Below, in pieces: positions 9,808-18,500 of a DNA stretch of 51,835 bases. Position numbers and translations under genes: made by a program. This DNA is from a virus (Duplodnaviria > Caudoviricetes). The notes beneath the pieces are model-generated. The model was not told the origin of the DNA. It saw only the letters and a program-made list of their open reading frames with translations, and searched no databases. The stretch covers positions 1 through 51,835 of the IMG/VR virus record IMGVR_UViG_3300034147_000031; one strand, written 5' to 3'. Within the stretch, counting starts at the first letter, position 1. Each line of letters begins with the position of its first letter.

Positions 9808-10605
9808 CTACATCCCACCTCCGGGTCGCATTTCCCTCGGCAAGAATTCTTGCACCACGTCGCTCATGCCTTCCAATGGCGTGAACGTCAGCATGATCAT
9901 ACCCTTGGTTGTGGCCGTCCGCATCAGCGCTTCGCCGTAGACATCGAGGGGCGGCTCCTCGTCGAACCAGATCAGGTGGCGAGCGGTGCCTTCGAAGCTG
10001 CCCCGGCCCTGCTGGTAGGACTTGAGGCCAAGCTCAGAGACGCCGCCGCTCTTGTGACGGACCTTGATCGTGTCCACCAAGTCCGCCACGCCTGCTTTCC
10101 AGCTTAGCTGGCCTTGATCCATGCCGAGCAGGTGGAACGGGATGAGGCCGGTGCCGTCCACCAGTTTGCGCTGGCCACTGAACGTGATGTTGCCGAGCAA
10201 TTCGACTTGGATGATGTCGCGGGTGGTCTCGTTGGTCTTGCCCGCTGCCCACGCCTTGATCGGCCCGTGAAAGACGCGGCCTTCCCACCACGGTGGGTAG
10301 TTGCCGGTGAGGTGGCAGGTGGCCTCGTAACTTCCGGCGACGGTTTTGCCGACCCGGTTGCCCGCCATGAAGCAGCGCTCGCGGTACATCGCGCCGACCC
10401 GGAAAAACTCAAGATGCTTGGAATAGCCGGTTCGCGCCAGCGGCCCGTAGTCGGGGAACAGGGCATTAAATTTGCCGAATTTCTCGGCGTCTTCGAGCGC
10501 TCGTAGCTGCTGGAGAAATGGCTCGACTTGGTCGTCCGGCAATGCTGCAACGAACGCTTCCACCCCCACTTTCTCGATCATTTCCAGTGGGGGGATATTG
10601 CTCAC
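9808..10605 (-). CDS. terL: terminase large subunit, N-terminal ATPase half
   Basis: Walker A AGNRVGKT, Walker B LIWFDEEPP, motif III LTFTP; P22 gp2-like; ends shortly after TFTPLEGMSDVVQEFL; probable GTG start at 10605. Confidence 0.9.
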   Translation of the reverse strand: MSNIPPLEMIEKVGVEAFVAALPDDQVEPFLQQLRALEDAEKFGKFNALFPDYGPLARTGYSKHLEFFRVGAMYRERCFMAGNRVGKTVAGSYEATCHLTGNYPPWWEGRVFHGPIKAWAAGKTNETTRDIIQVELLGNITFSGQRKLVDGTGLIPFHLLGMDQGQLSWKAGVADLVDTIKVRHKSGGVSELGLKSYQQGRGSFEGTARHLIWFDEEPPLDVYGEALMRTATTKGMIMLTFTPLEGMSDVVQEFLPREMRPGGGM

Positions 10606-10910
10606 GGCAGCGGCACCTTTGGTAGCGGCCTCCAATGGGTCGGCTTGGGGTCAGGCCCTGCGTAATTCTTGCAGTGCCATTGGCCATCCTTACCGAGATG
10701 CGCGACGATTGGCCACCAGATGTAGTGGTCGTACAAAAGGACGACCTCGTTCTCGGGACAGGTCCCGATATGCTCCCACCCGCGCAGCCGCCGCAGCCGC
10801 TCCTTTTCCCGCATTACCTTCTCGCGCTGTTCCTGCGCCGCCCGCAGCCGCCGCTCGCGGTAATCCTCGTCGGACGCATAGCGTTCGCGCCGCCGCCGGT
10901 TGGTGGACAT
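10602..10910 (-). CDS. hypothetical protein (DUF551-like C-terminus)
   Basis: WEHIGTCP...PTHWRPLP motif. Confidence 0.6.
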   Translation of the reverse strand: MSTNRRRRERYASDEDYRERRLRAAQEQREKVMREKERLRRLRGWEHIGTCPENEVVLLYDHYIWWPIVAHLGKDGQWHCKNYAGPDPKPTHWRPLPKVPLP

Positions 10911-11678
10911 TCACCCCGCCCTCTTTTTCAAATCCTGCAAGATGTCGAGTTTGCGCTCACAATCGGCGATGGCGTGAAGCAACGGGTTTTCCTCAGCCGC
11001 CTCCATCGCCGACCAATCGCTGACCTTGACCGCGAATTTTTCACCGGCCTCGATGGCCATGACCACGATGCCCTCGCGCTCGAAGGTGAAGGTGATGCAC
11101 TTGGTGGACTGCTCGGCCCGGTCGATGGCTTCGATGAGCCACTTGGTTGGGAAATGGCCAGCCTTATGCTCGGTGGGAACAGGCACAGCCTCGACCACCA
11201 TCTCGCCGAATTGGTATGGCGGCCACTCCCCCTCCAGCCACTTGCCCTTCCTGTCCTCTTCATCGAAGACGGCGATCTTGGCCATCCAGTGGCCAGCATC
11301 GGAGAGATCGCCGCGTTCTATCGCCCCCCGGTAGAGATCGTAGAGGTACTCGCGCTCGGCCTCTCTGGCCGACTTGGTTGGCTCAACCTTTGGCCGTTCG
11401 CCAGAGTAGTAGCCGCGCTGATACTCGGCCTGCTGCGCTATCTCGGTGGCGGTCATGTAGGGGCCGCCGCCGATGTCGCCCTTCTCGCCGCCCCAGCCGC
11501 CGCCCGGCGCCCCCCACTGGTCGGTAGCGGCGTCATAATAGCGACCATCTTGAGGGTCGATGTAGCGCAGCTTACGCGCCGTCTGCGTCACCTGCACCTT
11601 CGGCCCACGCCCCTGCTTCGCCAGCGCGTTTTCCATCTCCCGCTGCGCCCAGCCCGCTATCCCCTTGATGCTTGCCAT
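10911..11678 (-). CDS. hypothetical protein
   Basis: 255-aa ORF in a tightly packed minus-strand operon. Confidence 0.6.
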   Translation of the reverse strand: MASIKGIAGWAQREMENALAKQGRGPKVQVTQTARKLRYIDPQDGRYYDAATDQWGAPGGGWGGEKGDIGGGPYMTATEIAQQAEYQRGYYSGERPKVEPTKSAREAEREYLYDLYRGAIERGDLSDAGHWMAKIAVFDEEDRKGKWLEGEWPPYQFGEMVVEAVPVPTEHKAGHFPTKWLIEAIDRAEQSTKCITFTFEREGIVVMAIEAGEKFAVKVSDWSAMEAAEENPLLHAIADCERKLDILQDLKKRAG

Positions 11679-11681
11679 TCC

Positions 11682-11909
11682 TTATGCTCCACTTGGCTCC
11701 AGCGCTTCGCGCAGAGCGTTGACCAGCCGCTGGCCGGGGCTGTCTTCCGCCACCAGCCAGCGGGCTGCGTATTCAACGGTTTTCGGGATGCGCTTATGGT
11801 CGCGCTCGTAGCGCGACAGCGTGGCCACGCCGACGCCGAGCATCCCCGCGAATTCATACGCCTTGAACCCGGCTCGCTTACGCAAGTCTGCCAATTCGGT
11901 GCCGGTCAT
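11682..11909 (-). CDS. XRE-family HTH regulator
   Basis: MTGTELADLRKRAG...FAGMLGVGVATLSRYE...RIP. Confidence 0.8.
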   Translation of the reverse strand: MTGTELADLRKRAGFKAYEFAGMLGVGVATLSRYERDHKRIPKTVEYAARWLVAEDSPGQRLVNALREALEPSGA

Positions 11910-12611
11910 CAGAATGGGTCCATCTCGGTGAGGGTGTAGCCATGCTCTTCGCAGTCGAAAATCACCTCGTTCCAATCGGCGAACGCGGCGATCTTGACGC
12001 CGGATGGGCCATATTCGCCGATACTGAGGATGCCCTGCGCGAGACTGGCATCGTTGATGGCCATCACCTTGCCCTCTGGCGCTTCGATCTTGAGGCGCTC
12101 TCCGTGGCGCTTGACGATGATTGTCTTCATGATTGTCCTCCTGTTGAAATGAAGAGATAGGCGACCGCCGCAAAGGCGACGGCGACCAAGATAATCGTGA
12201 CCAGCACCCACAGCGTTTCGGCTGGCGATGGAGCCGGTTTGATGTTGAGCGCGTCGAGCCGTTCGCGCAAAGCCTTCTCGCGCTGCTCTAGGTCGTCGTG
12301 CGTGTCGTCGGCCATCATGCGGTCCGCTCGATGCGGAAGGTATAATCGCCGACGACCAGTTGGACCTGTTTGCCGGTGCGCTTGTCCACCGACGTGACCT
12401 CGACCTGCGGCAGCATGATGGTGCAGCTTTCGCCGACCTCGCGGACCCCGCCGCCGCCCTTGCCGCCCCGGTTCATGACGTGGAACATGATGGTGCTGAT
12501 GGCTTTGCTGAGGTCGGGGGTGTCGTCGGCATCGACGACTTCGCAGTGGGTATAGCGGGGCCGCTTGGGGTCTCCGCCGCCACCTATCAACTTATCAAGA
12601 AAATCACTCAT
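11909..12611 (-). CDS. three small hypothetical proteins (11909-12130, 12127-12318, 12315-12611)
   Basis: Coupled ORFs, RBSs visible at 12130 and 12611; the middle one has a TM helix. Confidence 0.55.
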
Positions 12612-12635
12612 TTATTCCTCCTCTGAGCCAGTAGC

Positions 12636-12977
12636 CTAGCCTTTTCTTACCCTCGCCACAAGTGGCGCTTTCTCGAACCATAACACGTCCACCAGCGCCA
12701 GCCCACGGCGGTTGGCCTCGTTGGCCAAGTCGATGTTGCTGACGTTTTCCAGCGGCGACGAAAGGTGGGGATTGTCGATCACTTCAATCGCCCGCGCCCG
12801 GCTCGGCAAGCGGCGAATGTGGCCACGCTCTTCGAGTGCCTTGAGCAGGCGGTAGACGCCGGACTTGGAGGACAGGTTCAGCGCTTCCATCATTTCGATG
12901 AACGACGGCGCATAGCCGTGGACCTCGGTAAATTCGCGCACGTATGACAGCATATCGCGCTGCGCCTTGGTAAGCAT
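12636..12977 (-). CDS. LexA-like winged-helix DNA-binding protein lacking the peptidase domain
   Basis: MLTKAQRDMLSYV...GYAPSFIEMMEALNLSSKSGVYRLLKALEERGHIRRLPSRARAIEV resembles the alphaproteobacterial LexA N-terminus; GAGGAGG RBS; 113 aa. Confidence 0.85.
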   Translation of the reverse strand: MLTKAQRDMLSYVREFTEVHGYAPSFIEMMEALNLSSKSGVYRLLKALEERGHIRRLPSRARAIEVIDNPHLSSPLENVSNIDLANEANRRGLALVDVLWFEKAPLVARVRKG

Positions 12978-12999
12978 GGTGTCCTCCTCGGATGAAAAT

Positions 13000-13514
13000 G
13001 CTGGGGTGGAATTCGGGGCTGGGATCGAACCAGCGCAATGGGGATTTCTAATCCCTGCCTCTACCAACTGGGCTACCCGCTGCCCCACCCCAAGGCAGGG
13101 TCTTTGGCCATCCGGCCCCGCGACTTTCTCCTTTGGCGCCGGGCGTTACCCCTTTGCCTCCAGCGTTCCGGCAATCGCTGCCCACCCGGCCTACAGCCCG
13201 ATCCAACTCGGTTCTGCTCCGGTATGCGCCTAAGGCCACTATGTCCCCAACGCTCAACGCCTCGGTTCCATCTGGCGCGGCTTGGGGGCTTACTGGCTGT
13301 CGGCCTCCCCCGTTGATTTAGCGATGCCCATTGCAGGGCCACGCACCGTCGCTTCTTTGGCCTTCAACCATTGATGAAGTGCGGACCTGCGCCCGCCCCC
13401 ATGTCTAGCCGCCAGTTTTTCTCCGGCTAAACCCTCCGCGCCCCGCACCAACGAACCCGGCCACACTGTCGGCTAGGGGAGGGATCGAACCTCCTGCATC
13501 TTCGCGTCTGGTGC
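13000..13514 (-). ncRNA. candidate ~510-nt structured RNA with tRNA-like modules at both ends
   Basis: No credible ORF; promoter immediately upstream; T arm GGAGG-TTCGATC-CCTCC near 5' end; several hairpins. Confidence 0.45.
13007..13082 (-). tRNA. atypical tRNA / tRNA-like element (anticodon AGA, Phe-like body, defective acceptor stem)
   Basis: 76 nt: TAGCCCAGTTGGTAGAGGC D arm, GGGA-TTAGAAA-TCCC anticodon arm, GCTGG-TTCGATC-CCAGC T arm, encoded CCA; only 4 of 7 acceptor pairs. Confidence 0.6.
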
Positions 13515-13516
13515 TA

Positions 13517-13545
13517 TAAGTAGCGGGCAAAACCGGAACAGTCAA
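13517..13545 (-). promoter_or_regulatory. sigma70-type promoter
   Basis: TTGACT-N17-TACTTA on minus strand. Confidence 0.55.
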
Positions 13546-13561
13546 GGGTGAAAGGGGAACG

Positions 13562-13774
13562 ATGATGGCGGACCTGCTCAGGTGGTGGAACACCCACGGC
13601 CCGTTCGAGATGCAGCCGGAGCGCAACGCGCTTGACCATCTCCAGCGCTATAATTTCGAAATCGACAATGGGGTGATTTACCCACCGCCCGGTTTCCGCT
13701 TATCCAAGGAGGACCAGATGGCCATCGACTATCTGGTGGAAGAACACGGGTATGCGTACCGCCCTCCGCTGTAA
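13562..13774 (+). CDS. hypothetical protein
   Basis: 70 aa, AAGGGG RBS, divergent from the 13545 promoter. Confidence 0.6.
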   Translation: MMADLLRWWNTHGPFEMQPERNALDHLQRYNFEIDNGVIYPPPGFRLSKEDQMAIDYLVEEHGYAYRPPL

Positions 13775-13900
13775 CCGGATTATCGTGGCCATGGCCATGC
13801 TGGCGGTGGTGGTCGCCGTTCTGGCGATCAAATAGGTGGCGGGGATTTCTGCGCTCGGCTCCCCGCCGGGCCGTTATTACCCGGCTTTCACCGGGTGCCT

Positions 13901-14347
13901 TTATTTCTTGCTGTACGGCGTGGGCTTCGGCCCACCAGCGCTGAGGTCTACGTCCACGTCGGGATTGGGATTGGGGTTGCGACCCGGCAGGTCTTGGCCC
14001 GCACCCGGCTGCTGACCCGGCAAGCCTTGGTCTGGCCTTGCGCCCGATGGCGGCAAGCCCTGATCTGGCCGTGGCTGGTAGCCCGGCAATGAGTTGTCGA
14101 TTTCGGGCGGGATTTCGCCGTCGGGCAATTCATTGTCGATGGTGCCGTCAAACGGCGGACGCGGCAGCGAGTTGTCCGGCCTTGCGCCGGAACCCGGCAA
14201 TCCTTGGTCTGGGTAGCGGCTGGAGAGCGCGTACTTGAGGGCGCGTTCGCACAGGTCTTCGAGGGGAACGCCTATGCCGTCGGCGTACTTGCTGACGCGG
14301 GCTTCAAGGTCACGGTCGAGCTTGAGGGTAATGGCGGCCATGGTCAT
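13901..14347 (-). CDS. ribbon-helix-helix-like protein with repeated PDQGLP/PDNSLP tail
   Basis: ITLKLDRDLEARVSKYA... followed by ~7 (P/I)D(Q/N)xLP-type repeats. Confidence 0.6.
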   Translation of the reverse strand: MTMAAITLKLDRDLEARVSKYADGIGVPLEDLCERALKYALSSRYPDQGLPGSGARPDNSLPRPPFDGTIDNELPDGEIPPEIDNSLPGYQPRPDQGLPPSGARPDQGLPGQQPGAGQDLPGRNPNPNPDVDVDLSAGGPKPTPYSKK

Positions 14348-14416
14348 ACCTTTCATGTGTGGCCACCCGAATGGGGGGCCGTTGCTGCTTAACGCCTTTG
14401 CATGACTTTTTCGCGC

Positions 14417-14453
14417 AAAAAAAAGAGGGATGGCCGTGGGACCATCCCTCTCC
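14417..14453 (-). terminator. intrinsic terminator
   Basis: AGAGGGATGGT-CCCACG-GCCATCCCTCT hairpin + T run on minus strand after the 14474 gene. Confidence 0.8.
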
Positions 14454-14473
14454 TTTGACCGCGTTCGCTGGCC

Positions 14474-14866
14474 TTACGGGCTGACGAAGAGCCACACTCC
14501 GGTCAACTGGTTCGACGCGCTGGACGAACCGGCGCCGAGCGCGAGGTTGCTGTTCTGCGAACCAGCGAGACCGAGCGAGAAGGTCGAACCCTGCTGCGTG
14601 GTCTGGCTGACGTGCGTGGACGCCGAACCTTGGTCGTTGCCGCTCATGATCGACTGGCTCTGGCCACCCGAAGCCGCACCAGCCGAAGACTGCTGCGCCG
14701 TGAGACCGAAGATCGCCGAAGCGCTCGACCCCTGCGACCCGGCAATCGCCGTCGAGTTGGACTGCGAAGCCCCAGAACCAACGGCGATACCGAAGTCGAT
14801 GGCCAACGCCGGAGTGGCGGCAAGCGTCGAAGCGGCCAGTGCCGCCAATGCAAAAATCTTCTTCAT
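14474..14866 (-). CDS. secreted Ser/Gln/Gly/Ala-rich protein
   Basis: Signal peptide MKKIFALAALAASTLAATPALA; mature part almost uncharged. Confidence 0.75.
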   Translation of the reverse strand: MKKIFALAALAASTLAATPALAIDFGIAVGSGASQSNSTAIAGSQGSSASAIFGLTAQQSSAGAASGGQSQSIMSGNDQGSASTHVSQTTQQGSTFSLGLAGSQNSNLALGAGSSSASNQLTGVWLFVSP

Positions 14867-14983
14867 GCGTAGTCTCCTAATTGCCAGCCAAACAGTGAAA
14901 CGTAGGGTGGCTGGCATCCCCCTAGTTGTGGATGGGTGGAGCGCAGCCAGCACGGGGACGCGCCGCGCTGCGCTCCGTGGGGC

Positions 14984-15958
14984 TTATCTCGGAGGTTTCG
15001 AGACAGCCGCCAACTGTTGATCGGTGGTGGCCGAGCGGGTCGCCGCCTCCGGTGTGACCTTGCCAGCGCGGGTGATCTTCGGCTCCCGCGCCTTTGCCGC
15101 CAGTGGCTGAGCCGGAGTGGCCGAGGCCATTGAATTGGCGCTGCCCAACAGCAGCAGCTTGTCGCAAGCCGTGGCCGTGTCCTGCGCCCGGTCGGTGCCG
15201 TCGGTGTCCGAGGTGCAGATGCTCCAGATCATCATGCTCATGAGACGCCCGCTCAATTCCGGCTGGCCCATGTTCTGCGCGTTGACTGCGGCCATGCCGA
15301 ATTTCTCAGCCCGCCGAAGGCTCTGGCAGGACTTGTCGAAGCGGGTGCCGGAGGCGCCGAGGCTGATGCCAATCGGCGCAGCCGACACGCCGCCCGAAAC
15401 CGTCCCGCCGCAATAATCGGACGAGAAGCTGGACGAGGACGTGAGAGGAACCGCGTTGTTGGTCCGCACCTCGGTCTGGCGGCGGTTCTTGGTGTTCCAC
15501 GTCTGGTTGACGGTGACGCCTTGGCTGTTGGCCTGTGCGCTGTCGAGCGACTGGTTCTGGTCCTGCATCTGGCCTTGGTCGGCGGCGTTGGAGTTGGAGT
15601 TGTTGGCATCGTTGGACTGGTTCTGCATCTGGCCTTGGTCTTGGCCTTGGCCCTGATCCTGACCCTGTCCTTGCGTGTTACCGCTGCTTTCGGAGCGGCT
15701 TTCGGACGCGGAGCCAGAGATCGCGCCGGACGCCGAGGTCGAGGTGTTGGTGTTCTCGGACGTGCCGATGCCTTGGTTGTTGTTGGCGGTGTTGTTCGAC
15801 TGCGCGCCGGAGACGCTGCCGGAGTTGGCTTCGGCGCCGGAGGCGCTCTGGCTGGCGAGGTCGTTGACGTTGACGTTCTGAGCGGATGCGGGCGTTGCCA
15901 TTGGCAAGGCGAGCAGCGCCGTTCCGCAAAGCAAAAGTGCGGTTAAATTCTTGTTCAT
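14984..15958 (-). CDS. secreted protein with Q/N/S-rich region and Cys-containing domain
   Basis: Signal peptide ...PASA; QGQGQDQGQGQDQGQMQNQSN tract; DYCGGTVSGG...FDKSCQ domain. Confidence 0.8.
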   Translation of the reverse strand: MNKNLTALLLCGTALLALPMATPASAQNVNVNDLASQSASGAEANSGSVSGAQSNNTANNNQGIGTSENTNTSTSASGAISGSASESRSESSGNTQGQGQDQGQGQDQGQMQNQSNDANNSNSNAADQGQMQDQNQSLDSAQANSQGVTVNQTWNTKNRRQTEVRTNNAVPLTSSSSFSSDYCGGTVSGGVSAAPIGISLGASGTRFDKSCQSLRRAEKFGMAAVNAQNMGQPELSGRLMSMMIWSICTSDTDGTDRAQDTATACDKLLLLGSANSMASATPAQPLAAKAREPKITRAGKVTPEAATRSATTDQQLAAVSKPPR

Positions 15959-15985
15959 GGTAATCCCCCTCGTTGGTGGTAACGG

Positions 15986-16013
15986 ACCATATTCTCATTG
16001 TTGGCCCTGTCAA
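15986..16013 (-). promoter_or_regulatory. sigma70-type promoter for the secreted-protein pair
   Basis: TTGACA-N16-TATGGT on minus strand, AT-rich upstream. Confidence 0.6.
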
Positions 16014-16071
16014 GAAGGTAAAAACATTTTTACCTTATTGGTGGGTAAATGCTTCTTTTCTTGCCTTTTTG

Positions 16072-17533
16072 TTAAATCTCCTGCTCATTCAGATCATCGA
16101 GCGTTTCGAACAGCGGAGGCGTTTCATCGTCGGACCAATCCTTGTCCCGCATCGCGGCGATCATCTCCGTCTCAATATATTCCTGAACGCTGATTTCAAT
16201 CTCGTCGGCGCGGCGTTTGATCTGTTCGTAAAGCTCGTCGTCAATTTCGACTTCCATGGTCATTCCTCCTTAGGGTAGCCAGTAGTTGGCCAAATTCCAC
16301 GCGATGAAGCCAGCGGCCAGAGCCATGACGACCACGATGATGGCCACGGCGAACCATTCGAGTGCGTGGTCAAACGGGTGCTTCATCGCCGGTATCCTGT
16401 ATTGGGGTGAGGGCGGCGTCCATGCCAATCGCTTCCACTCCCCACCTCCACCCCTCTCCACGCTCGATGCAGCGCTGGCGGGCTTCGCGGTACACGCGGC
16501 ACAAACAATACCCACCACTCTCGCAGTTACGAGGCTCCCCATCGACACGAGGCGGCTGGTCACACTTGGTCATCATTCGTCGTCCATCAATGCTAGGGTG
16601 AGGATGATGGCCACGCCAATCAGGCCAAGCCATATCCAGTGTCCAGTGGTCATGATTTTTCCTCCGCCGGACAGCGGGTGTTGTAGATGTCGTGCTTGAC
16701 TGGCCACATCAGCGAGCCGTCGGTCATGCCGCACATCACGCATTTTTCATCGTAGATGCTGCTGTCCGAATAGCGCGTGATATGGCCCATCGCGTTGGGC
16801 TGGCCATAGCGCTTGAGCGCCTCGTCGCGGCGAAGCTCGCTCATCGCAGCCACATCCACAATTCGATGGCGATATAGATCGGCAAGCCGATAACGATGCA
16901 CCACGCGGCGATGTTGGTATCGCTCTCGGATGGCCAGCTAGGCCGCCTCATTGTCCCTTCCCCCCGAACAGCGCGACGATCTGGCGCAGGATGGCGTTGC
17001 CCGCCACCACCTTGCTGATCTGCCGCTCGGCGTTCATGGCCATGCCCTTTTCGGTCGGGACGTAGCCCGAGAAAAAATAGCCCGCTTCGTCGCGGCATGG
17101 CTCATACTTGGCCAGCCCGCGCCGATGCAGCGCCATGCCGCTGCGAACGTCCACCCGCTTCTGGCCAGCGCACACCTGCTCCAGCGTCTTCCACATCAGA
17201 TCAGTTAATGGTTGCATTGCCCCCTCCTTCGCGCTTGGCCTTTTCGCGCAGTTGATCCATCAGTTTCATTGCCACCTCGAACGCGCCGGGGCCACAATGC
17301 TTTTCCAATTCCTCGCGCTGACCGGGAGGCTGCGCGACTTCGACTGGCACCCCCACCGCCTCGGCGGCGTTCATCACCGCGAAGCTGCATCCCATGCACA
17401 TCTTGATGCTCGGCTCGGGGACGTTCGGGCGCCACTGCACCGCCACCCCGCACACCTCGCACGGCCCGGTCACATTATTGTCGAACGGGGTTGGCTTGTC
17501 CGCCTCAAGGCAGACCACGACAGTTTGATCCAT
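16072..17533 (-). CDS. cluster of small hypothetical genes (e.g. 16072-16263, 16650-16844, 16948-17217, 17201-17533)
   Basis: Overlapping start/stop codons and RBSs; some CxxC motifs; individual starts uncertain. Confidence 0.5.
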
Positions 17534-17549
17534 GATTGTCCTCCTCCTC

Positions 17550-17584
17550 AAAAAGTGGGGCCGCCTCCGTGAAAGCGGCCCCAC
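17550..17584 (-). terminator. intrinsic terminator
   Basis: GTGGGGCCGC-TTTCACGGAG-GCGGCCCCAC-TTTTT. Confidence 0.75.
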
Positions 17585-17757
17585 CCGCGCTACCGCTGGG
17601 CTGGACAAATGCAAGCCAAAGCCCAACGGGTCTCTGTTGTTCGCCACGGTTCCCCTTCGTTGCCGACCCGTCGGCCCCTCCGGTCGTGACTAAAGTTTGG
17701 GCCACCGAGAACCGACGTGCTTCCACAACCCGGCGGCCCGGCACCCAGTTAGGCGCC
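17550..17757 (-). ncRNA. candidate structured small RNA/attenuator
   Basis: TATGAT -10 (17762-17767), three stems, then terminator just before the RBS of the 17533 gene. Confidence 0.45.
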
Positions 17758-17807
17758 TTTTATCATACGCGCAAGATCACCACGCATTTATTTCCTACCT
17801 ATGAAAT

Positions 17808-18325
17808 TTAATGGCCGCGTTTCTTATCAGCCGCCGCCCGCGCCGCAGCCTTCTCCCAATTCACCGGCAATCGTTCCAGCCGCCGATCCGCCTCCTCGGC
17901 CTCGGCCCAGAAGTACAGGGTCAATTCCGTCATCCGCTCGATTTCTTCCTTCGGGCTGCTGCCGGGATTGGCACTGATATAGTGGTCCAACGCCCCCGCG
18001 ATCAGCTTCAAATCACTGGCCATCATGCCTTCTTCCTCTCGCGGTACTGCTTCTGCCGCGCCGCCGCCTTCGCCCGCCGCATCGCGCACTCCGGACAATT
18101 CGCCGCCGCCTTGAAATCGTAGCCAACCACAATCCCCGGCTCGACCGGAACCTTCGCATCCGATTTTTTCTGGGGCGGCTTCTTCGCCTCGGCTGCCCTG
18201 ACGGCCTTGACCACCCGGTCAACCAAGGCCGGGGTGGTCTTCATCTCCCCCACGCAGGGCTGGCGAGGCCAGTGCTTGTGACCACAGTGCGGGCAGGTGA
18301 AGGGTTCAGCCATAACATAACGCAT
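17808..18325 (-). CDS. two small hypothetical proteins (17808-18026; 18023-18325 with CxxC motifs)
   Basis: Coupled ORFs; CPHCGHKH and CPEC motifs. Confidence 0.55.
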
Positions 18326-18500
18326 ACACCATTCGTTACGTCACGCAAGGGGGAGTAACATAACGAGTGACATAACAGCGCATGGGTAAGAGTACGCTAT
18401 ATAGCTCTCCGGCGGATGGGACCCGTGGCCACAGCGCGGTGCTAGGGGGTGGCCTCGGCCTCTATGGCCACAGGCGCTGTGGGACCCCTACCCCGCCCCC

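Noticed and set aside
3690-9830. Split intein or self-splicing intron joining the terL halves
   Set aside because: No intein N-/C-terminal motifs (C/S start, HN end) and no room for an intron core; the interval is filled by ORFs.
13000-13514. Two-piece alphaproteobacterial tmRNA
   Set aside because: No ANDN...AA-type tag frame or tRNA-Ala G3-U70 acceptor with CCA recognised after the first T arm.
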